Part shown: positions 9,365 to 18,733 of the stretch, piece by piece
Position numbering within the stretch: position 1 is the first letter of the stretch
Layout of the letters: each line of letters opens with the position of its first letter
Assembly (NCBI GenBank): GCA_963790205.1
Contig: CAWBNQ010000010.1
Location: 1 to 64,000 of the forward strand
Direction: 5' to 3'
DNA length: 64,000 nt
Source: Nitrospirota bacterium
GTDB taxonomy: Bacteria; Nitrospirota; UBA9217
Translations under genes and position numbers: made by a program
The notes under the pieces: model-generated
The model's input: only the letters and a program-made list of their open reading frames with translations
What the model was told of the DNA's origin: nothing
Databases searched by the model: none

Positions 9365-9817
9365 ATGATATCCGATTACATTGCATACCTAATCCCGCTG
9401 TGGATTATTGCACTCTATATAATTAATGATCAAATCCGAAAAGGATCACTAAAGAAAACACGTGCGCATTATAGTGAAAGATTCTTTACAAATCACCCAC
9501 CTGATATAACTTTTAAAGCAATAATGGCATTCGCAACCCAAAATCGTTTTCGAATAGATGACTTTGACGAAAAACGTCTTGCAGTAATATTGAACGAAAG
9601 AATGACTTGGAATAGCTATGGTTCCCTATACCCAATTTATGTTTTTGAGCAGGCTGGCGGATCCATGGTAGAAGTTGGCATTACAAAGAAGGCAGGGAAA
9701 TTTTCTCTATCCAGTCCATTCGTCCAGAGAGTCTTGACCTTGCGTCTGGAGCGTATGATCAATGCTCTGAAAGGCGCGGTGTTTGCATATGAGGGAACAG
9801 CCGGTAGGTCAGATTAA
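9365..9817 (+). CDS. Membrane-anchored protein, putative immunity protein 3
   Basis: N-terminal TM segment; GGAGG RBS; follows tip 3. Confidence 0.6.
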   Translation: MISDYIAYLIPLWIIALYIINDQIRKGSLKKTRAHYSERFFTNHPPDITFKAIMAFATQNRFRIDDFDEKRLAVILNERMTWNSYGSLYPIYVFEQAGGSMVEVGITKKAGKFSLSSPFVQRVLTLRLERMINALKGAVFAYEGTAGRSD

Positions 9818-9835
9818 GCGAAGCGCAACCCGATA

Positions 9836-10115
9836 TCACCCCGCCGCGTTCTTCTGTACGAGCACATCGAGATAATGCAAGAGAGCCTTCTGGTCCCTTT
9901 TCGGAAGACGCTCTATCTTTTTTAAGCGCCGCCACAAGGCCGCGTGCTGCGGATCGCGCTGCTGCTTCATGGCCTTGATCCCCAGGAGTTCATCCGTCGA
10001 GACCTTGAGCGCCTTTGCCAGCGGCTCGATCAGGTGCGCCGGGGGATATTGCGTCTCTCCCTCGTAGTAGGCGATCACCCGGTACGAAACACCGGCCGCT
10101 TTTCCGCCTAGCTGA
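9836..10115 (-). pseudogene. 5'-truncated paralog of the XRE regulator at 2-382
   Basis: Nearly identical C-terminal 80 aa; homology is lost near 10115, with an in-frame stop further upstream. Confidence 0.85.
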
Positions 10116-10270
10116 CCGGGCGGTTGTCGTGACTTTTGTCAGGATCTTGACATGCAATGATTCAACCGGAATTCGTTAGAGTTTCTACTCATCGAAACTC
10201 GCATGATTGTAGGTGGAGTTGCGATATCTGCCCGTGCTATATAATGCAGATTTACTGGTTGAACTATGTA

Positions 10271-10360
10271 CTGTCCGGAATCTGCAGTCAGTGTCCGAAT
10301 AGACCGGAATTGCTGTCCGAAGCAAATCGGAACGACTGTCCGATCTCATTGGAATACGCA
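10271..10360. mobile_element. Solo IS21-family terminal sequence (remnant)
   Basis: Four TGTCCG repeats at ~20-23 bp spacing ending in GGAATACGCA (TGCGTATTCC on the minus strand); no istAB nearby. Confidence 0.6.
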
Positions 10361-10390
10361 TATCCGCCGCCGCGGGCAACCCTGCCCATT

Positions 10391-10813
10391 CTACTTCTTA
10401 TTATGACGCTCATCCAGGCTGCAGGCGTTCTCGTGCGCTTCGCTTTTCTTCTGCAGCGAATTGAAGATCATGTCCAGGACGTCTCTCTGCCTGCCCTCGT
10501 ATTTATTGAGCACCGCCAGACAGCTCCCCATCGGAAAGCGCTGGTGCAGATACTCGGCGTCGCGGCCGGAAAGAATGACGATCCTGTTTTTGCTCAGCCC
10601 TTTGGAGACGGCGTAGGAGAGGATCTTGGAGCCGTCAATGCCCGGCATCTCCAGGTCGACCAACAAAAGATCGAGGTCGTCCGCGATGGAAACGAGACAT
10701 TTTATCGGATCATTGCAGGTCAGTACGTGGAGGCCGGGATAGCGCTCCTCCACGTACTCTTCGAGCAGCTTCAGAAACGCCGCATCATCATCGATCAGAA
10801 GGATCTTGCCCAT
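10391..10813 (-). CDS. Single-domain response regulator (receiver)
   Basis: KILLIDDD...DLLLVDLEMPGIDG...LSG...K. Confidence 0.88.
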   Translation of the reverse strand: MGKILLIDDDAAFLKLLEEYVEERYPGLHVLTCNDPIKCLVSIADDLDLLLVDLEMPGIDGSKILSYAVSKGLSKNRIVILSGRDAEYLHQRFPMGSCLAVLNKYEGRQRDVLDMIFNSLQKKSEAHENACSLDERHNKK

Positions 10814-10989
10814 CGCCGGCAGTTTAACAGAATTCGCAGGGGGATGTAAACTGATTTTATCGCGTAAGATTATTGGGTCTTCCGGGTTTATTGTGGGTGA
10901 TTTGAACCGGGTTTTAACTCGGTTGATCTTGAGCTCTATGGTTTTCTGCACATCCCCTTCGCGTCCTTAACGAAATTTTGGACCCGTTT

Positions 10990-11335
10990 AAGGCCACGTC
11001 CGCTCGACCGCGCAAACTCGGCCTACGGCCTCAGACATGCGCGTTCGCCCTGCGGGACGCTTCCTTAAGGCCAAGACGGGTGCCCCAAAATTTCGTAGGT
11101 CCGCTCCGGGGACGTGCGGGGTTTGGGGTAAAGATTAGAATCGGAACTTATTGCAGGGTTCCCATGCGAAAATTTAGCCATGCGACCGAGTCCGAGGGTG
11201 AAGCATTTCGGACTGTCTGAGCCCGAAGGGCGAGTTTCCGAAATGTACCGAGGACGACCGAGCATGGCGTTAAGAATTTTCGCCGGGTGCCCTTCTTTCG
11301 GTCACATTTCTTGGGCACGCAAGAAAGGTGACGAA
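10990..11335. repeat. REP/MITE-like palindromic intergenic element
   Basis: AAACTCGGCCTACGGCCTCAGACA (11014-11037) is an inverted counterpart of TGTCTGAGCCCGAAGGGCGAGTTT (11214-11237); nested stems and a terminal hairpin at 11301-11332. Confidence 0.65.
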
Positions 11336-11414
11336 GAAAAACGCTTTTGAAGTAACATAAATCAACACATTCACAGTTTAACGACCCACATAAATGTCAG
11401 AAGACCCTGATTAT

Positions 11415-12056
11415 TTACTCGCCCTGGTTCTCTTCCCTGGCCGTGAGAATGTTCTTGACCCGCTTCAGCCGATAGAAAGACTCACGCTCGCGCTCGCCGA
11501 TGTACTGGGTGATGGTCTTGATCTGGAGCTTCAGGGTGGGGAACACCATCTCTTCAAGCACCTTGATCCTCCGCGTGGTTCGCAATATCTCGTCTCCGAG
11601 CCGCTTGAGCTTGCTTTCGTACTCCGCGAGATGGAGCATGGATTCGAGCAGTTTTTCAAAAAGATTTGCCCCCTCCTCAAGATGCGGCGTTGTCCCATAC
11701 TCGTTGTATCCCCGCTTGTCCGCGTCCCTGACCGGCGCGTCATGAAAAACAATGTCCTTGTACCGGAGCCCCCAGATGCTCTTCTCGATCACCTCGATCT
11801 TGAAATCCCGTTCCGTGGCCGTTGCGATGGACTCTATAGTGTCCTTTCCCTCATGCCCCAGGGACAGGGCAAGCTCGCGGAGCGCCTTGCCGTAGGACTG
11901 CCGGATGTCCTCCCGTGACCGGAGAAAAGGAAGGGTCGCTGCGAGGAACTCCTTGATCAGGGCCTGCTTTCTTGCCTTGAGAATGCCGATGCTGTTCAGC
12001 ACAGAGCGGGCCTTGTCCTTGAGCAGAAGCAGGTTTGTGCGGGTCGGGTGGATCAT
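11415..12056 (-). CDS. atpD: V/A-type ATP synthase subunit D
   Basis: PTRTNLLLLK...ILKARKQAL...TTRRIKVLE...ERERESFYRLK. Confidence 0.92.
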   Translation of the reverse strand: MIHPTRTNLLLLKDKARSVLNSIGILKARKQALIKEFLAATLPFLRSREDIRQSYGKALRELALSLGHEGKDTIESIATATERDFKIEVIEKSIWGLRYKDIVFHDAPVRDADKRGYNEYGTTPHLEEGANLFEKLLESMLHLAEYESKLKRLGDEILRTTRRIKVLEEMVFPTLKLQIKTITQYIGERERESFYRLKRVKNILTAREENQGE

Positions 12057-12077
12057 GGGACCTCGAAGAAGCTTTGT

Positions 12078-12166
12078 CCGCAGATTTCGCAGATGACGCA
12101 GATCAATTCTCACGGAAGCTATGAATTCTTTTAATTTAAAATCTGTGAAATCTGCGTAATCTGTGG
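12078..12166. repeat. Intergenic palindrome built from 9-bp units (CGCAGAT.. / ..ATCTGCG)
   Basis: ccgcagatttcgcagatgacgcagat (12078-12103) is inverted relative to atctgtgaaatctgcgtaatctgtgg (12141-12166). Confidence 0.75.
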
Positions 12167-12180
12167 TTGAAAGTTTTTTA

Positions 12181-13489
12181 TTATTCCGTCGCTATCTCTG
12201 GTTTCAGTTTCTTCATCACAATAATCATGCACCCCGCGACTACGATGACGGCCAGGAGCAGCCCGCCGGTCGCCGCAATGTTGTTCAAAAGACGCGGGAT
12301 TGACAAGCAGGATCAGGCCGAGGAAGAACATCATAAGGCCGGACAGGAGCTTTAACTGCCTGCCCTGCCATTCGGTGAGTTTCCTTGCCCCAAGCGAAAT
12401 GGTGATCACGAGCACGATGACTGCCAGGGGGACGACGTATACGATATTGTAGAACACGAGATACATATAGTATTGAAGCGTCGTGAGCTTGTGGAGCGTG
12501 AGCGCCCGCGTGTACACCATGGGGAACCCGACGGTGCAGAGCAGTTCATAGGCATTCGCGAATACGGCAAGGACCACGGTGCCCCCTATCATCGTTGTGA
12601 GGCTCGACGATTTAAGCAGGTTTCTCATCCGTTCGAAGAGCTTCGGCTTCGCCTTTTCCGGGATCACGAGCGAAATGCCTTTCTTAAAGAAAAAGAAGTC
12701 CTTGATGTTGATCAAAGCCACTGCAAGGGCCACGATGCCCGCCGTCACGGTGATCGCCGTGAGCTGGCCGATGATCAGGAAGATATTGAGCCACGCGGCC
12801 ATGAACAGAAAATAGATGAAAGCCGAGAAGAAGACGAAGATGCCGCCGATAAAGAGCATCTTCTTCCGGGAATGGGCGTGGATCAGCATGCTGAGCAGAA
12901 AGAGCAGGACAAAGAACGCGCAGGGATTGAAGCTGTCCAGCGCGCCGATGACCACCGTAAGGAGAGGGAGCGAGACCTTCTCCGGGTCCAGCTCGCCCAG
13001 GAGGGGGACCTTCACGACCGCATGGCCCTCTTGCGCAGGCTGGGCGGGTGGTCCACTATTGAAGGCGAGGTCATCAACGCATCCCTGCTTCACACACTCC
13101 GCGACCGTCTCCTCGATTGCTTTTGCCGATTGTTCGCTATAACCGATGAACAGTCTCTTGCCGATCACCGTTGTCGGTACGCCGGCATGCTGAACGTGCG
13201 CAGACCGGAGGACCTGCGAAAAGAGAGCCGCGTTCTTCCTGTCGTACCAGACCTCGAACTCCCGGACCGCGAGCGTGGGATATTTTTTCTTGAGTTTTTC
13301 CAGAAAAACTTTTTCCTCGGCGCAGTGCGGGCACCCCCGGCCCTCGAACAGGTAGAGCGTTGCTGTTCCCTGTTTTTCCGAGGGAGCGTTCTGCGCCATT
13401 GCCCCCGGAGCAAGGAAGCGCGTCAACGCGGCAACGGCCAGTGCAATGAACACGATCGAACGATAAGCTTTTTTGGAAAAACATTTCAT
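12181..13489 (-). CDS. Glutaredoxin/thioredoxin-domain membrane protein (CcdA/DsbD-like TM part); frameshift near 12290
   Basis: Signal peptide, CPHC, DSFNPCAF, ELLCT; an alternative frame gives a final TM helix ending at 12181. Confidence 0.8.
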
Positions 13490-13494
13490 CCTTC

Positions 13495-14823
13495 TTATTT
13501 TACCTCCAGGGAAAACTTTTTCATAAGCTCCAGGCCCGTGTCAAGGGTCTCAAAGACCGTGCGCCTGGTCATGCCCTGTCCCACGAATTCCTTCTCAAAG
13601 GCGTCGGCGAAGTCGAGCATCAGGATGTCGGCCTTGGTCATGCCGTCCCTGCCCACGATGGCCTCGAGCCTGCGGAGGTCCCTGCCCTTGGCGTAGTATT
13701 TATAGAGATGGTTCGAGACCATGCGGTGGTCCGCCCGTGTGTGGCCTTCCCCGATGCCCTTCTGCATGAGCCTTGACAGGCTCGGGAGCACGTCCATGGG
13801 CGGAAAGATACCCTTCTGGTGCAGTTCCCGCGAGAGAACGATCTGGCCCTCGGTGATGTAGCCGGTCAGGTCCGGGATGGGGTGCGTAATGTCGTCCTCG
13901 GGCATGGTCACCACGGGAAGCATGGTGACCGACCCCTCGAGCCCGTAGATCCGGCCGGCTCGCTCGTAGAGCGAGGCCAGGTCCGAGTACATGTACCCGG
14001 GATAGCCGCGCCTGCCCGGGAGTTCCTCGCGTGCCGTGGATATCTCGCGAAGCGCGTCGCAGTAGTTCGTCATGTCCGTGATGATCACCAGGATGTCCAT
14101 CCCTTTTTCGAAAGCAAGGTATTCCGCCACGGTCAGGGCGAACCGCGGGGCAAGGAGCCGCTCCATTACCGGTTCGTCGGCCATGTTCACGAAGGCGACG
14201 AAGCCGGTCTTCATCTCTACGAGCACGTTCAGATAGTACGAGTACTCGTGGAAGTTCAAGCCGAGGGCGGCAAAGACCACGACGAACCGCTTCGAGGTGT
14301 CGGCGAGCCGTGAGTTCCTCAGGATCGAGGCGACCACTTCCTTGGAAGGGAGTCCCGCAGCGGAGAAGATCGGGAGCTTCTGCCCCCGAACGAGCGTGTT
14401 CAGGCCGTCGATGGGCGAGAACCCGGTCTCGATGAAGTCCTCGGGCCGCGCTCGCGCCGAAGGGTTGATCGGGGAGCCGGTGATCGGCTTCCACTTCTCC
14501 GGGATGAACATGGGCGCGCCGTCCTTGGGTTCGAAGGAGCCGTTGAAGATCCGGCCCACGATGTCCGCTGACAGCGGGACCTTTTTTATGGCGTCGGTGA
14601 ACGACACGGTCGTTCGTTCGATATCGAGTCCCTGCGTCCCCCCGTACACTTCGACAAGCACCGTGTCCCCGTCTATTTCAAGGACCTCGGCCTCCCTGTT
14701 CCTGCCGTCGGGCGCATGGACCATCACCACTTCCCCGATCCTAGCGCTGAAGACGTTCTTCACGAACAGGAGCGGTCCCGCAACGGTGGATATGGTGCGG
14801 TATATGTGTTCGGAAAGTCTCAT
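13495..14823 (-). CDS. atpB: V/A-type ATP synthase subunit B
   Basis: RGQKLPIFS, DMTNYCDALREIS, PGRRGYPGYMY, DDITHPIPDLTGYITEGQ. Confidence 0.97.
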   Translation of the reverse strand: MRLSEHIYRTISTVAGPLLFVKNVFSARIGEVVMVHAPDGRNREAEVLEIDGDTVLVEVYGGTQGLDIERTTVSFTDAIKKVPLSADIVGRIFNGSFEPKDGAPMFIPEKWKPITGSPINPSARARPEDFIETGFSPIDGLNTLVRGQKLPIFSAAGLPSKEVVASILRNSRLADTSKRFVVVFAALGLNFHEYSYYLNVLVEMKTGFVAFVNMADEPVMERLLAPRFALTVAEYLAFEKGMDILVIITDMTNYCDALREISTAREELPGRRGYPGYMYSDLASLYERAGRIYGLEGSVTMLPVVTMPEDDITHPIPDLTGYITEGQIVLSRELHQKGIFPPMDVLPSLSRLMQKGIGEGHTRADHRMVSNHLYKYYAKGRDLRRLEAIVGRDGMTKADILMLDFADAFEKEFVGQGMTRRTVFETLDTGLELMKKFSLEVK

Positions 14824-14847
14824 GATCACCTCGAAACGATGCACGAT

Positions 14848-14920
14848 GCATGATTCACAGGCAAAAGTTGATAGAAGATTTATCTACCAACAGGAACATC
14901 AAGACGCGATCCTATGGGTT
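14848..14920. repeat. ~74-bp direct repeat, copy 1
   Basis: Matches 18734-18807 with 4 mismatches and 1 gap; contains an internal palindrome. Confidence 0.9.
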
Positions 14921-15469
14921 CTCATAAGAATCTCGTTTCAGACATTTCTCAAAAGCCATTTTAAAATCATCATCAATATTATCTGGAATCTCATCTCGTA
15001 AACTATTATAAAAGAAGAAGTCGAAGTCACCCCCGGGTTGGTCTTCCCATGAGGAAAAAACAATCACAGGCTTGTCAGACACTTTTTTGATTTGAGTTAT
15101 AAGCTGCTGCTCGCTTTTTCCTCCATAACCAATCGCAATAAAGATATCTGCTTCATCCTCGGCGATCTCCAGCAACTCCTCGCCGGAGGAAACCCACTTA
15201 ATCGTTAAATCATATTTATCATTGAGGACATCCGTGACCCAACCAACTAATAAATCCTTCAAATGGTTGTAAATAGTCACTATTACTACCCGAATTTGAC
15301 GCTTTTTTTGCAGGTCTATTGAGTGGCTTTGTTCGGGTCCACTCAGCGGGTGTGCCTTGAGTCGAGCGAGATCATCTAAAGCACGCTTGACGAGCGATGA
15401 CGGTCTGTTAGAGACCAGGTCCCGATGCGCCTTCTCAAGGGAGTCAGATTCTTTTTTATCCTTTGTCAT
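14912..15469 (-). CDS. Pseudo-receiver-like protein, paralog of 17069-17686
   Basis: Near-identical N-terminal ~45 aa; IRVVI...GEELLEIAE..ADIFI receiver-like pattern. Confidence 0.65.
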   Translation of the reverse strand: MTKDKKESDSLEKAHRDLVSNRPSSLVKRALDDLARLKAHPLSGPEQSHSIDLQKKRQIRVVIVTIYNHLKDLLVGWVTDVLNDKYDLTIKWVSSGEELLEIAEDEADIFIAIGYGGKSEQQLITQIKKVSDKPVIVFSSWEDQPGGDFDFFFYNSLRDEIPDNIDDDFKMAFEKCLKRDSYENP

Positions 15470-15533
15470 TGCCGCCTGCTTTTAAGAATGCGAGTCTGTT
15501 CTGTGCCTGTGTGATGCGATCATCGATGTCTCG
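15470..15533 (-). pseudogene. Duplicated 3' end of the J-domain gene
   Basis: Near-identical to 17687-17750. Confidence 0.8.
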
Positions 15534-15605
15534 GATCGACCAATGAAACTATAATTCCAAACGCGGAATTATGCCTCGTCGCAGTTAACCCGGCAAAGAT
15601 GTCAA

Positions 15606-15815
15606 TTAAATCTGCTTGGCTACGACTACTACGACAGTCACTGGAATTGCGATTCCCAAGATAATCATAACAAGACATCCGCCACCGGTGACCATTTTGC
15701 CAATCTTCCTTTGCCGTCCACTCTTTGTCAATGGTATACCAATAAACCGGGATATTTTAGATTTAACAGCGGAGATCCCAACAAATCTTTTCCACGAAAA
15801 TCCACCACGGTTCAT
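15606..15815 (-). CDS. Small basic protein with a C-terminal TM helix
   Basis: GFSWKRFVGIS...GIPLTKSGRQRK then a hydrophobic tail; GGAGGAG RBS. Confidence 0.7.
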   Translation of the reverse strand: MNRGGFSWKRFVGISAVKSKISRFIGIPLTKSGRQRKIGKMVTGGGCLVMIILGIAIPVTVVVVVAKQI

Positions 15816-15982
15816 ATAGTTTTCTCCTCCCTTGTATTCTATACAATGGCGTCGCCTTACGCAGCGATTTTTTTGCTCCACTGAAAGTCTTTGTGTGCCA
15901 AAATCATAACCACAAATGCGAGTAGAGAAAATGTCTTCAAGCTATTGATCCAAGTGCAGCCGATAGTTAAACAACAAGTCAG

Positions 15983-16906
15983 CTAGCGAATACCGTACCA
16001 CGCTGCAATTTGTTCGTTCTCGCGGTCCGTCAATGGCGCGTCAGGCGAAGCACCTCGTCGCCACGACATCACGTCTAGTCGGTAGGAGTCCGATAAGACA
16101 ACACCAGAAAGCGCTGCGAAATCGGGCAGTCGGAAACACTCGACAAGGGCCGCATCTGCCGATTCTCTGCTCGCACCCATGAGCGTGCGAGCGAGGAACA
16201 GTATGGTCGGCTTGCCGTTCGCCTTCGCTAGTTGCCGACCTTCCGCTACTTTCTTGCGAACCTTCTTTACAACTTGGTCGATTTCAACGTCCGGACTGCC
16301 AGAGAACACCCCAGTGAACTCAGGAATCACTCGCTGGATGGTATTCGTGGCTTCCACGAGGATGTCACGCCCATCGATCCGAATAGCACCATCGACTCCT
16401 GTCGCGCTGTCCTCGATGTCAACCAGTACGCCACGCAGGGCTAAGTCGCCGAGCACGTTGAGCTCGAACAGATGATTCTTGAATGAGGGAGCGTGCCGTG
16501 CGGAGCGAAGTTCATTGAGCTTCACCTTGACCTTGTCTGGCTTGAAAGGCAGAGCAACAACAGCGGCCAGCCGTTGTTCGATGACAGGCAGCATTGTTCT
16601 GAGTGGATCGAGCCCTGTGAAAGCAATGGCAAACTGACCTTCTTCGTCTATTTCCTTCAGACGTCCAGACAGAGCTAATTCCTGATCTTGTTCAAACCAA
16701 GCTACCCCGCGAAGCGGATGGCAGAAATCGTACAGAAAGCCTGTAGGGTCTGCCGGACTTGTGTGAGATGGCGACTCGCTCCGAATAGCGGCCTCGACGG
16801 TCTCAAACCAGCTATCGTCGAGAATGGTCTTTAACACTGAGGTGCTTGTCACTGCGACCCAAAGTGCGCCAAGATTGTTTAGAAGCCCGGTTTGAACCAG
16901 AGTCAT
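15983..16906 (-). CDS. Hypothetical protein, possible PD-(D/E)xK nuclease fold
   Basis: FELNVL...GVDGAIRIDG...LVEAT pattern. Confidence 0.55.
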   Translation of the reverse strand: MTLVQTGLLNNLGALWVAVTSTSVLKTILDDSWFETVEAAIRSESPSHTSPADPTGFLYDFCHPLRGVAWFEQDQELALSGRLKEIDEEGQFAIAFTGLDPLRTMLPVIEQRLAAVVALPFKPDKVKVKLNELRSARHAPSFKNHLFELNVLGDLALRGVLVDIEDSATGVDGAIRIDGRDILVEATNTIQRVIPEFTGVFSGSPDVEIDQVVKKVRKKVAEGRQLAKANGKPTILFLARTLMGASRESADAALVECFRLPDFAALSGVVLSDSYRLDVMSWRRGASPDAPLTDRENEQIAAWYGIR

Positions 16907-17068
16907 GACTCACTCCTAATGACGTTCGTCAATTAACCACCACGTAAGCGTTCCAATAATAGGCAGCTTCACGGGAAGATTATGTTGTGCAACTACTTTT
17001 GTTTATCAGGTATTTTCATAATTCACCAATACATGATATAACGGCAAAAAGAACTATCATTATGTATT

Positions 17069-17686
17069 TCAATTCGCCCTCCTAAGAACCTCGTATATGC
17101 ATTTTTCAAATGCCGTCCTGAAATCAGTCGTATCAGCTGAAAATGGAAGGTAGAAGTCGGCCCCAGTTTGCTTGACTCTTTCCTCTGCTATCTCGTACGG
17201 AAACGGGGGCCTCATGAGCTTTGTCTTAATTGGCAAATAAAGGACTATCATAGGCTTGTCAGATCCCTTTTTGATTTGCTTTATAAGCTGCAAGGATTGT
17301 TCTATGCGTTCTTGATTAGAATAGGAGGTACGAAAAAGAATATTGCTTACAATCACAATAAAGATATCAGCTTCAGCATTCTCGGCAATTTCGAGCAACT
17401 CCTCGCCGTAAAATACCGATTTAATCGTTAGAGCATATTTATCTTTGATGATTTCCTTAATCTCTGCTGAAAATAAATCAAATACATTTTTTTCTACATT
17501 ACCTATTACTACTCGAATTTGACGTTTTTTTAGAATATCCATCGTATGTTCGAGTCCACTCGGCGGGTGTGCTTTGAGCCGAGCGAGATCATCTAAAGCG
17601 CGCTTGACGAGCGATGAGGGTCTGTTAGAGACCAGGTCCCGATGCACCTTCTCAAGGGAGTCAGATTCTTTTTTATCCTTTGTCAT
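17069..17686 (-). CDS. Pseudo-receiver-like protein with an N-terminal extension
   Basis: Receiver-like beta/alpha pattern ending GADFYLP; overlaps the J-domain gene stop. Confidence 0.7.
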   Translation of the reverse strand: MTKDKKESDSLEKVHRDLVSNRPSSLVKRALDDLARLKAHPPSGLEHTMDILKKRQIRVVIGNVEKNVFDLFSAEIKEIIKDKYALTIKSVFYGEELLEIAENAEADIFIVIVSNILFRTSYSNQERIEQSLQLIKQIKKGSDKPMIVLYLPIKTKLMRPPFPYEIAEERVKQTGADFYLPFSADTTDFRTAFEKCIYEVLRRAN

Positions 17687-18470
17687 TGCCGCCTGCTTTT
17701 AAGGATGCGAGTCTGTTCTGCGCCTGTGTGATGCGATCATCGATGTCTCGTGCCATCTCGACCAGCATGTCCCTACCTTGGAGATCGGCTTCACGCACGG
17801 CAATCATAAGAGAATACAACTCTGAAGCGAGAATATCGGACAGCTCTTTCGCCACGTCCTTAATTCGTCGCCGGACTCTTGCGATCGCGCGGATAATCCG
17901 CACGAGTTCAACGGCTGGACCAACTCCTGCTACAGCCTCGGGACTCTCGTGCCATTTGGCGAGGACCTTCTTCATTCCATCCATATCTCGTTTGGAATAG
18001 GCATCATTCAATTCTGCCATGAGCCGCGTTCGTATTTCTTTTGTCGCGTCATCAAGCGCTTTGTCGGGGTGAATGAGAGATGCGATTTGTCTATACAGCG
18101 ACTTGCACGCATCTGATGCCGGGGCGGATGCAGCAATCGGAATCTCATTCTGCTGACTACTATCGAACTCGCGTGCCGACTCTTTTGCCTGGCTGCGGGC
18201 CTGTGTCGCTGCGGTTTTTGCATTTTGATCGTATGGTTTCTTAGCAGCGGTAAGCTCAGCAATCTGGGCTAAGAGATCATCGAGAATAACGTATTTGCGA
18301 CCGACAGTATTATAATAGCGCCTTTGGAACTGCCTCAGCGAAAGCCTGGCATCTTCGAGGTCCATTTCCTTCTGTGCGAGCTCTTCAGAAAGCCGGGACA
18401 GCTCCAGTTTTTTCTCCTGAATCTCAATTTCCTCTGGAGTTTCGGGTGTTGTTATGTTGTGATCTACCAT
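17673..18470 (-). CDS. Coiled-coil protein with a J-domain (DnaJ-like)
   Basis: LYRQIASLIHPD...MAELNDAY. Confidence 0.8.
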   Translation of the reverse strand: MVDHNITTPETPEEIEIQEKKLELSRLSEELAQKEMDLEDARLSLRQFQRRYYNTVGRKYVILDDLLAQIAELTAAKKPYDQNAKTAATQARSQAKESAREFDSSQQNEIPIAASAPASDACKSLYRQIASLIHPDKALDDATKEIRTRLMAELNDAYSKRDMDGMKKVLAKWHESPEAVAGVGPAVELVRIIRAIARVRRRIKDVAKELSDILASELYSLMIAVREADLQGRDMLVEMARDIDDRITQAQNRLASLKAGGNDKG

Positions 18471-18519
18471 ATTTTATCGCCGATCATGTGTCGTATGATC
18501 TAACCCGTAGAGATTCCGG

Positions 18520-18708
18520 CTAGCCCTTATTTTTCATGACTTCATTATCTTGACTCGTAAAAGGAAACATTTTTTTACAGTGGGGACAGGTGACGCTGTA
18601 AATCTGCGTGTCTGCTTTGCCTCGTTTAATTTGGAAATCCATTGCTGCCAAAATGACAGAATAATTAACAGGTCTGTCGCAATTTTTACAATTAAACGTT
18701 TTCATCAT
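18520..18708 (-). CDS. Small zinc-ribbon protein
   Basis: CKNC...CPHC in 62 aa. Confidence 0.55.
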   Translation of the reverse strand: MMKTFNCKNCDRPVNYSVILAAMDFQIKRGKADTQIYSVTCPHCKKMFPFTSQDNEVMKNKG

Positions 18709-18733
18709 CTTATCCTTTTAAGAGAAGAAAATA

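Larger units (their letters stand above)
2..10115. mobile_element. Putative integrative element: XRE / primase-helicase / two tyrosine recombinases / Rhs toxin-immunity cassette array
   Basis: Gene content, plus the XRE 3' region at 2-250 is repeated (diverged) at 9836-10085. The left boundary may lie outside the window. Confidence 0.75.
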
